Below are positions 8,616 to 18,821 of a DNA stretch of 64,000 nucleotides, piece after piece; position 1 is the first letter of the stretch; every line of letters starts with the position of its first letter. The DNA is from an uncultured Clostridia bacterium (GTDB taxonomy: Bacteria > Bacillota > Clostridia > Christensenellales > DTU072). A program made the translations under genes and the position numbers. The notes beneath the pieces are model-generated. The model was not told the DNA's origin. It searched no databases and saw only the letters and a program-made list of their open reading frames with translations. The stretch lies in assembly GCA_944349655.1 (NCBI GenBank), contig CALVNL010000004.1, forward strand, positions 8,819 to 72,818, given 5' to 3'.

Positions 8616-9328
8616 AAGTTATCATTTTAGCCGCAGGCAGAGGAACGAGAATAAGTAAACTTATAGGGGATATTCCCAAATGTACCGTGGACGTCTGCGG
8701 AAAACCGCTTATTATCAGGACGCTGGAACTTTTCAAGAAAAACGGAGTCGAGGACGTAGCCATATCTTTAGGGTATAAACACGAAGTGGTGAGCGAAGTC
8801 ATTAAAGGACATAACGTCAGGGAGTATTACAATCCCTTTTTCCACGTTACCAATAGTATAGCGTCGCTATGGTTTGCGTTAAAGGAATTCGACGGGACGG
8901 AGGACGTCATTATTTGTAACGGAGACGTTTTCTGGACGCAGGAAGTTTTCGACGCCATAGCAAAAGACGAAAGGGATATAGTTATGCTTGCCGACAGGAC
9001 GAAAGCCGACAGCGGAGATTATTTTTTCAAAACCGACAACGGCAAGCTCTTGGCGTACGGTAAGGAATTAACCAGGGACAACAGGGATTGCGAATACGTC
9101 GGTATAGCTAAAATAAGCAAAGAGATCGTACCGCTTTTCAAAGAAAGGCTGTTGAAATTGATAAATTCGCAGGAATGCGACAAGTGGTGGGAAAACATAC
9201 TTTACTCCATGGTAGGGGAAAGAGATATTTACATAAAAGACGTGGAAGGAGCTTTCTGGGCGGAAGTGGACTTTATCGAGGACTATAACAGAATATTGAC
9301 CTATGTAGGCAAGAATACAAATAAATAA
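8612..9328 (+). CDS. Nucleotidyltransferase, LicC/MobA-like (probable cytidylyltransferase for a phospho- or phosphono-headgroup)
   Basis: N-terminal MKVIILAAGRGTRISKLIGDIPK nucleotide-binding signature. ATGA overlap with the aminotransferase gene. Confidence 0.75.
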   Translation: MKVIILAAGRGTRISKLIGDIPKCTVDVCGKPLIIRTLELFKKNGVEDVAISLGYKHEVVSEVIKGHNVREYYNPFFHVTNSIASLWFALKEFDGTEDVIICNGDVFWTQEVFDAIAKDERDIVMLADRTKADSGDYFFKTDNGKLLAYGKELTRDNRDCEYVGIAKISKEIVPLFKERLLKLINSQECDKWWENILYSMVGERDIYIKDVEGAFWAEVDFIEDYNRILTYVGKNTNK

Positions 9329-9362
9329 AAAAAGGATAAGTATTCCTAAAGGAGAAATGATT

Positions 9363-10400
9363 ATGTTTGAAGGAAAAACGCTATTGATAACGGGCGGAAC
9401 TGGAAGTTTCGGGAACGCAGTATTGAGGAGGTTTCTGAATACCGATATAAAGGAAATCCGTATCTTCAGCCGTGACGAAAAGAAACAGGACGATATGCGT
9501 CACGAGTATCAGGCTATATTCCCGGAATATGCTGAAAAAATAAAGTTTTATATCGGTGACGTAAGAAATATCGATTCCATACGTCCTGCTATGGTGGGCG
9601 TGGATTATATTTTCCATGCCGCAGCATTAAAACAAGTCCCGTCTTGTGAATTTTTCCCTATGGAAGCGGTACGCACCAATATAATAGGTACCGAAAACGT
9701 ACTAACGGCGGCTATTGACGCCGGAGTGAAAAACGTCGTATGCCTTTCGACGGATAAGGCGGCATATCCCGTAAACGCAATGGGAACCTCCAAGGCAATG
9801 ATGGAAAAGGTTATAGTTGCGAAATCGAGGACCGTTGATCCGGCAAAAACAAAAATATGCTGCACACGTTACGGAAACGTTATGTGCAGCCGCGGATCCG
9901 TTATACCGCTTTGGATTGACCAGATCAAAGCCGGTAAACCGATCACCATCACGGAACCTACAATGACCCGTTTTATCATGTCGCTTGACGAAGCGGTGGA
10001 TTTGGTTTTATTTGCTTTTGAAAACGGTGAAAGCGGTGATATCCTGGTGCAAAAAGCGCCGGCTTGCACTATTGAAACGCAGGCGAAAGCCGTTATAGAA
10101 TTATTTGACGCTTCGAAAAAGACAGAGATTAAAATAATAGGAATCCGTCACGGAGAAAAGATGTATGAAACATTGCTCACAAACGAGGAATGCGCCAACG
10201 CTATCGATATGGGGAACTTCTATCGGGTGCCTTGCGATAAAAGAGGACTTAACTATGATAAATATTTCAAGGTAGGAGACGTGAAGCGTAATCCCTTGAC
10301 CGAATTTAATTCCAATAATACAAAACTTCTCAACGTGGAAGAAACCAAAGCCAAGATTGCGTCTTTGTCATATATACAAGAGCGTTTAACCGAAAAATAA
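9363..10400 (+). CDS. fnlA: UDP-GlcNAc 4,6-dehydratase/5-epimerase (FnlA/CapE/WbjB family)
   Basis: LITGGTGSFGNAVLRRF...IRIFSRDEKKQ..M is characteristic of the family. GGAG sits 8 nt before the ATG at 9363; an alternative ATG is at 9357. Confidence 0.9.
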   Translation: MFEGKTLLITGGTGSFGNAVLRRFLNTDIKEIRIFSRDEKKQDDMRHEYQAIFPEYAEKIKFYIGDVRNIDSIRPAMVGVDYIFHAAALKQVPSCEFFPMEAVRTNIIGTENVLTAAIDAGVKNVVCLSTDKAAYPVNAMGTSKAMMEKVIVAKSRTVDPAKTKICCTRYGNVMCSRGSVIPLWIDQIKAGKPITITEPTMTRFIMSLDEAVDLVLFAFENGESGDILVQKAPACTIETQAKAVIELFDASKKTEIKIIGIRHGEKMYETLLTNEECANAIDMGNFYRVPCDKRGLNYDKYFKVGDVKRNPLTEFNSNNTKLLNVEETKAKIASLSYIQERLTEK

Positions 10401-10413
10401 AGAGGAAAACAAT

Positions 10414-11619
10414 ATGAAAATTCTTGTTACGGGAGCAAAAGGTTTTGTGGGAAAAAATCTCTGCGAAGCGCTGAAGAACATACGCGACGCAAAGGACAGA
10501 ACACATCCCGGTGTTTCGGTAAGCGAAATATTCGAATACGATATCGACACCGATGAATCGTTGCTTGAACGGTACTGTCGCGAAGCAAATTTCGTATTTA
10601 ACCTTGCCGGCGTAAATCGTCCGAAAAATAACGATGAATTTATGCAAGGCAATTTCGGATTTGCTTCCGCACTTTTGGATTGTTTGAAAAAATACGACAA
10701 CAAATGTCCGGTAATGATATCATCGTCGATACAGGCAACCTGTATCGGCAGATATGACGGGGATTACGGCAGGAGCAAAAAGGCAGGAGAGGAGTTATTA
10801 TTCGGATACGGGAAAGAAACAGGAGCAAAGACGCTTGTGTACCGTTTTCCCAATTTGTTCGGTAAGTGGTGCAAGCCTAATTATAATTCGGTTGTCGCAA
10901 CGTTTTGTTATAACATAGCCAATGATTTGCCTATTCGGATAAACGACCGCAATATTCGACTGGAGCTTCTTTATATCGACGATTTAGTGGAAGAAATGTT
11001 GAATGCGCTGGAGGGCAACGAGCACCATTGTGATTATGACGGCGTCGAAACGATTTTTGACGCGGAAGGAAAATATTGCGCCGTACCTGTTACGCATAAA
11101 GTCACTCTCGGAGAAATAGCGGATTTGCTTTATTCTTTTGCAGAACAACCTAAAACGCTGGTAATACCGGAATTGGCAGAAAATTCTTTCGGTAAGAAAC
11201 TTTACAGCACTTATCTTTCTTATTTGCCTAAAGAAAAAGTGTCTTTCAGCCTGAAAACGAACGTCGACGCGAGAGGCAGTTTTACCGAGTTGTTGAAAAG
11301 CGCAAAATGCGGTCAGGTTTCGGTTAATATTTCCAAGCCGGGCATTACGAAAGGAGAACACTGGCATAATTCCAAGTGGGAGCTGTTTATCGTAGTCAGC
11401 GGTCACGGACTGATTCAAATGAGAAAGATAGGTTCGGAAGAAGTATTGAATTTCGAGGTAAGCGGAGACGATATAAAGGCGATACATATGTTGCCGGGTT
11501 ATACTCACAATATTATAAATCTTTCCGACGACAGGGATTTAATAACGGTTATGTGGGCTAACGAACAATTCGATCCGAACAAGCCCGACACTTATAGCGA
11601 ACGTGTATGCAGGAGTTAA
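10414..11619 (+). CDS. fnlB: Bifunctional SDR + cupin enzyme (FnlB/CapF/WbjC family)
   Basis: N-terminal Rossmann motif VTGAKGFVGKN plus a C-terminal cupin-like segment (GEHWH..., MLPGYTHNI). Lies between fnlA and fnlC. Confidence 0.85.
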   Translation: MKILVTGAKGFVGKNLCEALKNIRDAKDRTHPGVSVSEIFEYDIDTDESLLERYCREANFVFNLAGVNRPKNNDEFMQGNFGFASALLDCLKKYDNKCPVMISSSIQATCIGRYDGDYGRSKKAGEELLFGYGKETGAKTLVYRFPNLFGKWCKPNYNSVVATFCYNIANDLPIRINDRNIRLELLYIDDLVEEMLNALEGNEHHCDYDGVETIFDAEGKYCAVPVTHKVTLGEIADLLYSFAEQPKTLVIPELAENSFGKKLYSTYLSYLPKEKVSFSLKTNVDARGSFTELLKSAKCGQVSVNISKPGITKGEHWHNSKWELFIVVSGHGLIQMRKIGSEEVLNFEVSGDDIKAIHMLPGYTHNIINLSDDRDLITVMWANEQFDPNKPDTYSERVCRS

Positions 11620-11621
11620 AA

Positions 11622-12803
11622 ATGGAACTTAAAGTTGATTATTCAAACATTAAATGGAAAAATAACGGAAAAATAAAATTATTGATTATTGTGGGGACGC
11701 GGCCTGAAATTATCAGACTTGCCGCCGTTATCGATAAATGCAGACTTTATTTCGATTGTATTTTGGCTCATACGGGACAAAATTATGACTACAATCTGAA
11801 CGGTGTTTTCTTTAAGGATTTGAAATTATCTGACCCTGAGGTATATATGAATGCCGTAGGAGACGACTTGGGAGCCACCGTCGGAAATATTATTAACGCT
11901 TCCTATAAATTAATGAGTCACATACACCCCGATGCTCTTTTAATTCTGGGAGATACCAATTCCTGCTTGTCGGCTATTTCGGCAAAAAGATTGCATATTC
12001 CGATTTTTCATATGGAAGCAGGGAATCGTTGCAAGGACGAATGCTTGCCGGAGGAAACCAATCGCAGGATAGTCGATATAATTTCGGATGTGAATTTAGC
12101 GTATTCCGAACACGCAAGGCGTTATCTCGCCGAGTGCGGTTTACCGAAAGAGCGTACTTATGTAACGGGATCTCCCATGGCGGAAGTTTTGCGTCGGAAT
12201 CTTGCAGAGATAGAAGCCAGCGATATCCATCATCGTCTCGGGCTGGAAAAAGGTAAATATATTTTGCTTTCGGCACATAGAGAAGAAAATATAGACACGG
12301 AAAAGAACTTCCTTTCTCTTTTTAACGCCATCAACAAACTTGCGCAAAAGTACGATATGCCTATTTTATATTCCTGTCATCCGAGAAGCAGGAACAGACT
12401 GAAAGCGAGTGGATTTCAACTTGACGAGCGCGTAATACAACACGAGCCTCTCGGCTTTCACGATTATAATTGTTTGCAGATGAATGCTTTTGCCGTAGTT
12501 TCCGACAGCGGAACATTGCCGGAGGAAAGTTCGTTTTTTACAAGTATAGGACATCCTTTTCCTGCGGTCTGCATAAGGACGTCCACCGAAAGGCCCGAGG
12601 CACTGGATAAAGCCTGCTTTATTATCGCAGGTATTGAGGAAAAATCTCTTTTGCAAGCAGTAACAACGGCTGTGGAAACAAATAGAAACGGAGATTACGG
12701 TATTCCCGTGCCCGATTATATCGAGGAAAACGTGTCGACCAAAGTCGTAAAGATAATTCAAAGCTATGTCGGCATAGTCGATAAAATGGTTTGGAGAAAA
12801 TAA
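11622..12803 (+). CDS. fnlC: Non-hydrolysing UDP-N-acetylhexosamine 2-epimerase (FnlC/CapG/WbjD family)
   Basis: AGGAG RBS before the ATG at 11622. IVGTRPEIIRL and HTGQNYD motifs. Confidence 0.9.
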   Translation: MELKVDYSNIKWKNNGKIKLLIIVGTRPEIIRLAAVIDKCRLYFDCILAHTGQNYDYNLNGVFFKDLKLSDPEVYMNAVGDDLGATVGNIINASYKLMSHIHPDALLILGDTNSCLSAISAKRLHIPIFHMEAGNRCKDECLPEETNRRIVDIISDVNLAYSEHARRYLAECGLPKERTYVTGSPMAEVLRRNLAEIEASDIHHRLGLEKGKYILLSAHREENIDTEKNFLSLFNAINKLAQKYDMPILYSCHPRSRNRLKASGFQLDERVIQHEPLGFHDYNCLQMNAFAVVSDSGTLPEESSFFTSIGHPFPAVCIRTSTERPEALDKACFIIAGIEEKSLLQAVTTAVETNRNGDYGIPVPDYIEENVSTKVVKIIQSYVGIVDKMVWRK

Positions 12804-13894
12804 TGAATTTAGCGGTCATTGGTTTTAGCAATTTAATAAGTATGCCTTATATGAGATTTTATAAAAGTTTGTTTGAAAAAAATCAAATACATGCCGATTA
12901 TTATTGTTGGAATCGCGATAAGGCGGGTTCTGTTTATATTTCTGAGGGAAACGTTTATAATATAAATATAAAATGTAAAGACAACCGGTTTAATAAGTTT
13001 TTCTCCATGTTGAAATGGCGGAAAACGATCACGGCTTTATTAAAGAAAAAGCATTACGATAAAATCATAATTCTTACGTCTCTTCCGGCTATATTTCTAT
13101 ATAGATTTTTAATTCGTAATTTTAGTGGGAGATATATTTTTGACATAAGAGACTATTCGTATGAACATAATAGGATCTATCAACAATTTATGCAAAATTT
13201 ATGTGATAAAAGTTATGTCACTTTTGTGTCTTCTCCCGGGTTTCGCAGTATGCTTTTATCTGATTTTGAAGTAAAGAATATACACAATATAGATGTTAAA
13301 GAAGCTGATTACAGTGCGCCTTCTTTTAATAAAAAAGAAGTTATATTAGGATATGCGGGGTTAATTAAATATTACGAATCGAATGTCGAACTTATCGAAA
13401 ATTGTTCTGATCGTAACTATAAGTTTTATTATTATGGTATATTTGAAGATAAAAGATGGGGAGAGCTTTTTGAAAAAGATCTGAATAACGTTAAATTTTT
13501 CGGTCGATTTCTTTCGGAGCAAAAGAATGATATTTATAAAAATATAGACATCGTAAATTGTTATTTTGCTAAAAATTTATCTTATGGGCAACGTCTTTTA
13601 TTACCGAACAGACTTTACGACGCTTTATATTGTAATAGACCGATTTTAGTTAACGAAGGTTGTTTTTTAGCAGATTATGTTAAGCATTATGGTATCGGAT
13701 TAGTAATCAATGATGGTAGAGATATTAGTAAACAGATAGAAAAATATATTGATAGTTTTGATAAAAATGTTTTTGAGAAAAATGTAAAGATATGTTTAGC
13801 CGATATAGAAAAGGAGCAAATTACGGCAGAAAGAGCAATAATTAATTTTGTAAAAGCGGACAAGAATAATTTAAAGGATGAGATGAAGGAATGA
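12803..13894 (+). CDS. Putative glycosyltransferase / capsular biosynthesis protein (family not recognised)
   Basis: TAATG stop-start overlap with fnlC. Soluble, about 363 aa. First gene of the AT-rich block. Only weak GT-B-like features. Confidence 0.45.
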   Translation: MNLAVIGFSNLISMPYMRFYKSLFEKNQIHADYYCWNRDKAGSVYISEGNVYNINIKCKDNRFNKFFSMLKWRKTITALLKKKHYDKIIILTSLPAIFLYRFLIRNFSGRYIFDIRDYSYEHNRIYQQFMQNLCDKSYVTFVSSPGFRSMLLSDFEVKNIHNIDVKEADYSAPSFNKKEVILGYAGLIKYYESNVELIENCSDRNYKFYYYGIFEDKRWGELFEKDLNNVKFFGRFLSEQKNDIYKNIDIVNCYFAKNLSYGQRLLLPNRLYDALYCNRPILVNEGCFLADYVKHYGIGLVINDGRDISKQIEKYIDSFDKNVFEKNVKICLADIEKEQITAERAIINFVKADKNNLKDEMKE

Positions 13895-15072
13895 AAGTAT
13901 TGTACGTGTCGAACGCTTGTAGTGTTCAAGAATATAATAGTTTATTTAAAAATATTTCTAAGCAAATAAATCATCAAAGTCAAAAGTTCAATAGGCTGTT
14001 TGCGGAAGGTATAGCCGAAAACGGTCATGATGTCACTATGTTAAGCAGTAGACCGATAAATCCTGCTATCCATCCTAAAAAATGGTATGAAAGGAAAACC
14101 GAGAAGGTTGTCGGCGTGAATTATATTTATATTCCTTTTTTTAATTTAAAATATATTAGGCAATTTTTTATAGTTATAAATTTGATCAAAGAAGTTAAGC
14201 GTTGGATAAAGGATAATCCTGATGGAGTAATTTTTTGCGACGTTTTGAATTATTCGATGTTATGTGCTTTAAATACAGCGACAAAAAAAGCAAAAAATAA
14301 AATTATTTCAATTGTTACTGATTTGCCGGAAATACTTGCGAACGGTCAAATGGATAGGCGAGCCATAAAACAAAATAAACTTATTTCCGAATCGGACGGA
14401 ATGGTATTACTGGCGGAGGCAATGAATGAGAAAATCAATCCCTTAAAAAAACCTTACGTAGTTATGGAAGGTTTTTGTGACATTAAGATGAAATCGGTTG
14501 AAAATGATTTTTCTAAGAAATACAGTAAAAAAACGGTTATGTATGCCGGTCTTTTGCATAAAAAGTATGGTATTGAAACTTTAGTTAAAGCATTTATCGA
14601 AGCGAATATAGAGAATAGTTATTTACATATATACGGATCCGGAGATTATGAAAACGAGATTGTTAAAATAGCCAAGGAGTATGATTCAATAAAATTTTTC
14701 GGAACAAAAGATAACGGTTATATTGTGAATGAAGAGTTAAAAGTGTCATTGCTGGTTAATCCGAGACCGGTCAACGAAGAATTTGTTCTTTATAGCTTTC
14801 CTTCTAAAAATATGGAATATTTAGCTTCCGGGACTCCTATGTTGACAACAAATTTGCCGACTATGCCTGAAGATTATTATCAATATTGTTTTGTGGCAAA
14901 AAGCGACGATAAAGAGGGACTAAAAAATGAATTAGTAAAGATTTTTTCATTTACCGATCAAGAATTATTTCAGTTCGGCAAAAAAGCTAAAGAATGGGTG
15001 TTGGCAAGTAAAAATAATATCGTTCAGACTAATAAAGTAATGAAATTTGTAACGACTATGTCAGATAGGTAA
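13891..15072 (+). CDS. GT-B glycosyltransferase (GT1/GT4-like)
   Basis: ATGA overlap with the upstream gene. C-terminal E(x7)E-type region NMEYLASGTPMLTT. Confidence 0.75.
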   Translation: MKVLYVSNACSVQEYNSLFKNISKQINHQSQKFNRLFAEGIAENGHDVTMLSSRPINPAIHPKKWYERKTEKVVGVNYIYIPFFNLKYIRQFFIVINLIKEVKRWIKDNPDGVIFCDVLNYSMLCALNTATKKAKNKIISIVTDLPEILANGQMDRRAIKQNKLISESDGMVLLAEAMNEKINPLKKPYVVMEGFCDIKMKSVENDFSKKYSKKTVMYAGLLHKKYGIETLVKAFIEANIENSYLHIYGSGDYENEIVKIAKEYDSIKFFGTKDNGYIVNEELKVSLLVNPRPVNEEFVLYSFPSKNMEYLASGTPMLTTNLPTMPEDYYQYCFVAKSDDKEGLKNELVKIFSFTDQELFQFGKKAKEWVLASKNNIVQTNKVMKFVTTMSDR

Positions 15073-15076
15073 ATAT

Positions 15077-16315
15077 ATGGGATTAATAGCTGTAATATTG
15101 CCGTTTATATTTGGTCTTATTTCTTTTATAAAATATAAAAAGATAATCAATTTACAGGTTATTTTTAATTTGTTATGGTTTTTTGTCGTTCTTATTTCAT
15201 TGTTAAATATATTGGATAATATTCCTATTAGAAAAGAAATTTATCTTATGAGCAGCATATTTACGCTGGTGTTTAATATTGGCGGATTTATGGCGAATTT
15301 AGTCAAGAAGCCAAAATTTATAACAAGAAGGGAAATTGACTATTTTTTTATTAAATTATGTATTTTGATAGTTGCGTTTTTTTATATAATATTATTTATA
15401 AGGGCATTACGATATTTGTCTGCAGGTGGTAATTTCAGCGGCATAAGATATAATTATTATTACGGTAATGATATTATTAAAAATGTTTGGGAAAATTTAT
15501 TAATAACTTATATTGTAGATGGTGTTTTTAAATTTCTTACTTTATACCTTTTATATAATATTTTGCATCAAGGCAGTTTAAAAGTATCAATAAGCATTAT
15601 ATGTTTGATGTTTCTCAATTTGATTTTTACCGGGGGAAGATTGGTTATTTTACAATTGGTATTATTGCTGATCATTCAGTTTTTAAAATTTCGAAAAATG
15701 TTGAATAAAAAGACTAGAAAAATAATAGCGTATGTTGTTTTTTTCGGGTTAGTCGCTATTGTTTTTATATCCTTAAAAAGGAATATCACGGGATTGATAA
15801 AACAAGGGATTTCTTATTTCTGCACATCCATGGCTTTTAGCTCGGCAATTCTTAATAACTATAACATTGAGTTGATCGGGTTCGGGAGGATCGTTTTTGC
15901 GCCTATTCTAGACTTGCTAATAAATTTTTTAAGATATTTTCATGCTACGGATCAGGTATCGTCAGCAATTTTAGTCTCGGATATAACTAAAAATGCTTTA
16001 GTGGTAGGGCTTGACGGTGGGACATATAATGCTTTAGTCCCCGCTTTTTTCCATTTATATATGGGCGGGGGATATATCAGTATAATTGTTTTTGGTTTTC
16101 TATTTGGATTTATTTGCATTATTGTAGAAAAAAGGAAATCATATTTTGATTTTAAGAATGAGTTGCTTTGGATGTATTTGCTCATAGGTGTTTTATTCAG
16201 TTCAATGGGGTGGCAGTTTATGAGCGTTAGCAATTTAACAACTTTACTATGTATATATTTATCACAGAAAAAAATACGGAATTATAGTCGTGAAGAAAAG
16301 GTCACTGTTGTTTAA
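15077..16315 (+). CDS. wzy: Wzy-type oligosaccharide repeat-unit polymerase
   Basis: 412 aa with about 10 hydrophobic helices and no soluble domain. Embedded among GT genes next to wzx. Confidence 0.65.
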   Translation: MGLIAVILPFIFGLISFIKYKKIINLQVIFNLLWFFVVLISLLNILDNIPIRKEIYLMSSIFTLVFNIGGFMANLVKKPKFITRREIDYFFIKLCILIVAFFYIILFIRALRYLSAGGNFSGIRYNYYYGNDIIKNVWENLLITYIVDGVFKFLTLYLLYNILHQGSLKVSISIICLMFLNLIFTGGRLVILQLVLLLIIQFLKFRKMLNKKTRKIIAYVVFFGLVAIVFISLKRNITGLIKQGISYFCTSMAFSSAILNNYNIELIGFGRIVFAPILDLLINFLRYFHATDQVSSAILVSDITKNALVVGLDGGTYNALVPAFFHLYMGGGYISIIVFGFLFGFICIIVEKRKSYFDFKNELLWMYLLIGVLFSSMGWQFMSVSNLTTLLCIYLSQKKIRNYSREEKVTVV

Positions 16316-16384
16316 TAAGTCTAATTATGTTATTATTGAACAATACTATTATTTTATTTTATAAAACTATAATAAGGAGAAATA

Positions 16385-17644
16385 ATGCGCATACTTTGGG
16401 TTTGTAATATAATCTTACCAAAAATAGCAAATGCTTTAGAGACCGAAAGTCCGGTTTTAGGTGGATGGCTTACAGGTGCGAGTATACCTATACTAAATAG
16501 TAAAGAGGATCGACTTATTTATATGTTTCCTTTTAACTCCGAGATAGAAGGAAGCATCGGGAATTTAACATACATAAGCTATAAGGAACCTGATATTAGC
16601 GTTTGCGCTGATGAGTTGATCATAAGATTCCGGGATATAGTCAAAAGCTGTAAACCTGATATTGTACATATTTGGGGGACTGAATATGCTCATGCATTAG
16701 CTATGACATATGCATTGCAATCATTGGATATGCTCAATAAAATGGTTATAAGCATCCAGGGGTTAATTCATAAATGTGCTGAAGTTTACAATTTGGGATT
16801 AAACAAAAAGGTGCAAACAGCTCAGACGATTAGAGACATAATTCGGCATGACAGTATATCGAAACAACAAGAGATTTTTACCCGAAGAGGATTAAACGAA
16901 ATCGAAACTTTGAAAATCGCTAAAAATATCATCGGCAGAACAGAATGGGATAAAAATACTTGTTTAAATATTAATCCTAATTTAAAATATTATAAATGTA
17001 ATGAAAGTTTAAGATCCGGTTTTTATGATGCCGATCAATGGAAATATGAAAAGTGTAAAAAATACTCTATTTTTTGTGCACAAGGAGGGTATCCTATCAA
17101 AGGATTACATTTCGCATTGAATGCGTTGAGGATTCTAAGAGACAAGTATGAAGATGTATCTTTGCGAGTACCTACTGAAGACTTTGTCCATACTTCTTTC
17201 TTGGATAGGCAAAAAAGAACATATTATTTTTCTTATTTAAGAGAACTTGTGAAGAAGTATAAACTTGAAAAAAATATTGTTTTTTTGGGTAGTCTTGATG
17301 AAGGAATGATGATAAAAGAATATCAATGTGCAAATGTATTTTTAAGTTCGTCTGTTTTAGAAAATTCTTCCAATTCAATAGGGGAGGCAATGCTTATAGG
17401 GACTCCGATAGTTGCTAGTAATGTTGGGGGTTGTTCTAGCATATTGGAAAATAATATTACGGCATTAATGTATAAAGTTGATGATACCTTTAGTCTTGCA
17501 GAGAAAATATCGTTAATATTCGAGGATTACGCACTTGCAAATAGATTAGGTGCAAATGCTAAGGAAGTGGCCATAGTTCGCCACGATAATACAGCCAACA
17601 ACATCAGACTTAGGGAAATATATAAAAAAATAATAGAGGATTAA
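16385..17644 (+). CDS. GT4-like glycosyltransferase
   Basis: N-terminus MRILWVCNIILP. C-terminal SNSIGEAMLIGTPIVASNVGG. Confidence 0.75.
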   Translation: MRILWVCNIILPKIANALETESPVLGGWLTGASIPILNSKEDRLIYMFPFNSEIEGSIGNLTYISYKEPDISVCADELIIRFRDIVKSCKPDIVHIWGTEYAHALAMTYALQSLDMLNKMVISIQGLIHKCAEVYNLGLNKKVQTAQTIRDIIRHDSISKQQEIFTRRGLNEIETLKIAKNIIGRTEWDKNTCLNINPNLKYYKCNESLRSGFYDADQWKYEKCKKYSIFCAQGGYPIKGLHFALNALRILRDKYEDVSLRVPTEDFVHTSFLDRQKRTYYFSYLRELVKKYKLEKNIVFLGSLDEGMMIKEYQCANVFLSSSVLENSSNSIGEAMLIGTPIVASNVGGCSSILENNITALMYKVDDTFSLAEKISLIFEDYALANRLGANAKEVAIVRHDNTANNIRLREIYKKIIED

Positions 17645-17645
17645 G

Positions 17646-18803
17646 ATGAAAATAGCGTTTTGTTCAAATTATTTAAACCACCATCAATTATATCTTTCTA
17701 AAGCCATTATAAATGCCGGCATTGAATATTACTTCATAGCTGCGGAACAAATGGAAGAGGAAAGAAAAAACGGAGGGTGGATTAATATGAATGATAAATA
17801 TGATTGGGTAGTGCGTATTTATCAGGGACAAGAACAAATAGATTTTGCAAAAAGAATTATTAATAATGCCGATTTGGTAATAATGGGTTCTTTTCCGATT
17901 AAATTCATCAGACAAAGGATATTTAAAAACAAACCGGTTTTTTTATATAGCGAAAGATGGTTTAAATCATCTGACGGAGACAATAAAAAATTTAAAACAT
18001 TTCATAAATTTTTAAGCAATCTAATACATATAAAATATTTAAATTTTTTTAATGTATATATGTTGTGTGCTAGTGCCTATACTGCTTATGATTGCAATTT
18101 ATTTGGAAATTTTAAGAATAAATGCTATAAATGGGGATATTTCCCATACGTAAAAACTTATGATTTAAATAAATTAATGGAAATAAAAAAAGAGAATGAT
18201 ATTGTTGAACTGTTATGGGTTGCAAGGATGTTGGATTGGAAACATCCTGAATATGTGGTTCACCTTGCAAAACGCTTAAAGAAAAAGGGAATAAAATTTC
18301 ATATCAATATGATAGGAACTGGAGATAAATTTGAAGAAATTAAAGCAAGTATAATTTCTGAGAATTTATTGCCGGAACTTAATTTAATAGAAAGTATCCC
18401 TAACGAGAGTGTCCGAGAATATATGGAAAAAGCAAACATATTTTTATTTACAAGCGACTTTAATGAAGGTTGGGGCGTTGTTTTGAATGAGGCAATGAAC
18501 AGCGGTTGTGCCGTTGTGGCATGTAATGGCATAGGGGCTGTACCGTTTCTTGTTGAAGATAGAAAAAACGGTTTAATTTATAATAACGGAGATATAGACG
18601 AATTTTGTAATATGGTTGAGACATTAATATGCAACAAGGAGTTATGTGAGGAGTTAGGACGAAATGCATATGAGACCATTATTTCTGAATGGAATCCAGA
18701 AAATGCAGTTAGAAAACTTTTAAAACTTTATAATATTTTATGCAAGAAAAGCAATGAAACAATAGAGTATGGAATTTGTTCAAAAGCAGAGATCTTAGAT
18801 TAA
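17646..18803 (+). CDS. GT1-family glycosyltransferase
   Basis: EGWGVVLNEAMNSGCAVVACNGIG and a GT-B C-terminal domain. Confidence 0.8.
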   Translation: MKIAFCSNYLNHHQLYLSKAIINAGIEYYFIAAEQMEEERKNGGWINMNDKYDWVVRIYQGQEQIDFAKRIINNADLVIMGSFPIKFIRQRIFKNKPVFLYSERWFKSSDGDNKKFKTFHKFLSNLIHIKYLNFFNVYMLCASAYTAYDCNLFGNFKNKCYKWGYFPYVKTYDLNKLMEIKKENDIVELLWVARMLDWKHPEYVVHLAKRLKKKGIKFHINMIGTGDKFEEIKASIISENLLPELNLIESIPNESVREYMEKANIFLFTSDFNEGWGVVLNEAMNSGCAVVACNGIGAVPFLVEDRKNGLIYNNGDIDEFCNMVETLICNKELCEELGRNAYETIISEWNPENAVRKLLKLYNILCKKSNETIEYGICSKAEILD

Positions 18804-18821
18804 AATTATCGGAAATAAAAA

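Noticed and set aside
7551-9328. Calling the aminotransferase and nucleotidyltransferase a complete 2-aminoethylphosphonate (AEP) pathway
   Set aside because: PEP mutase and phosphonopyruvate decarboxylase, which define the pathway, are absent from the window. The assignment is therefore left open and reported as a question rather than a call.
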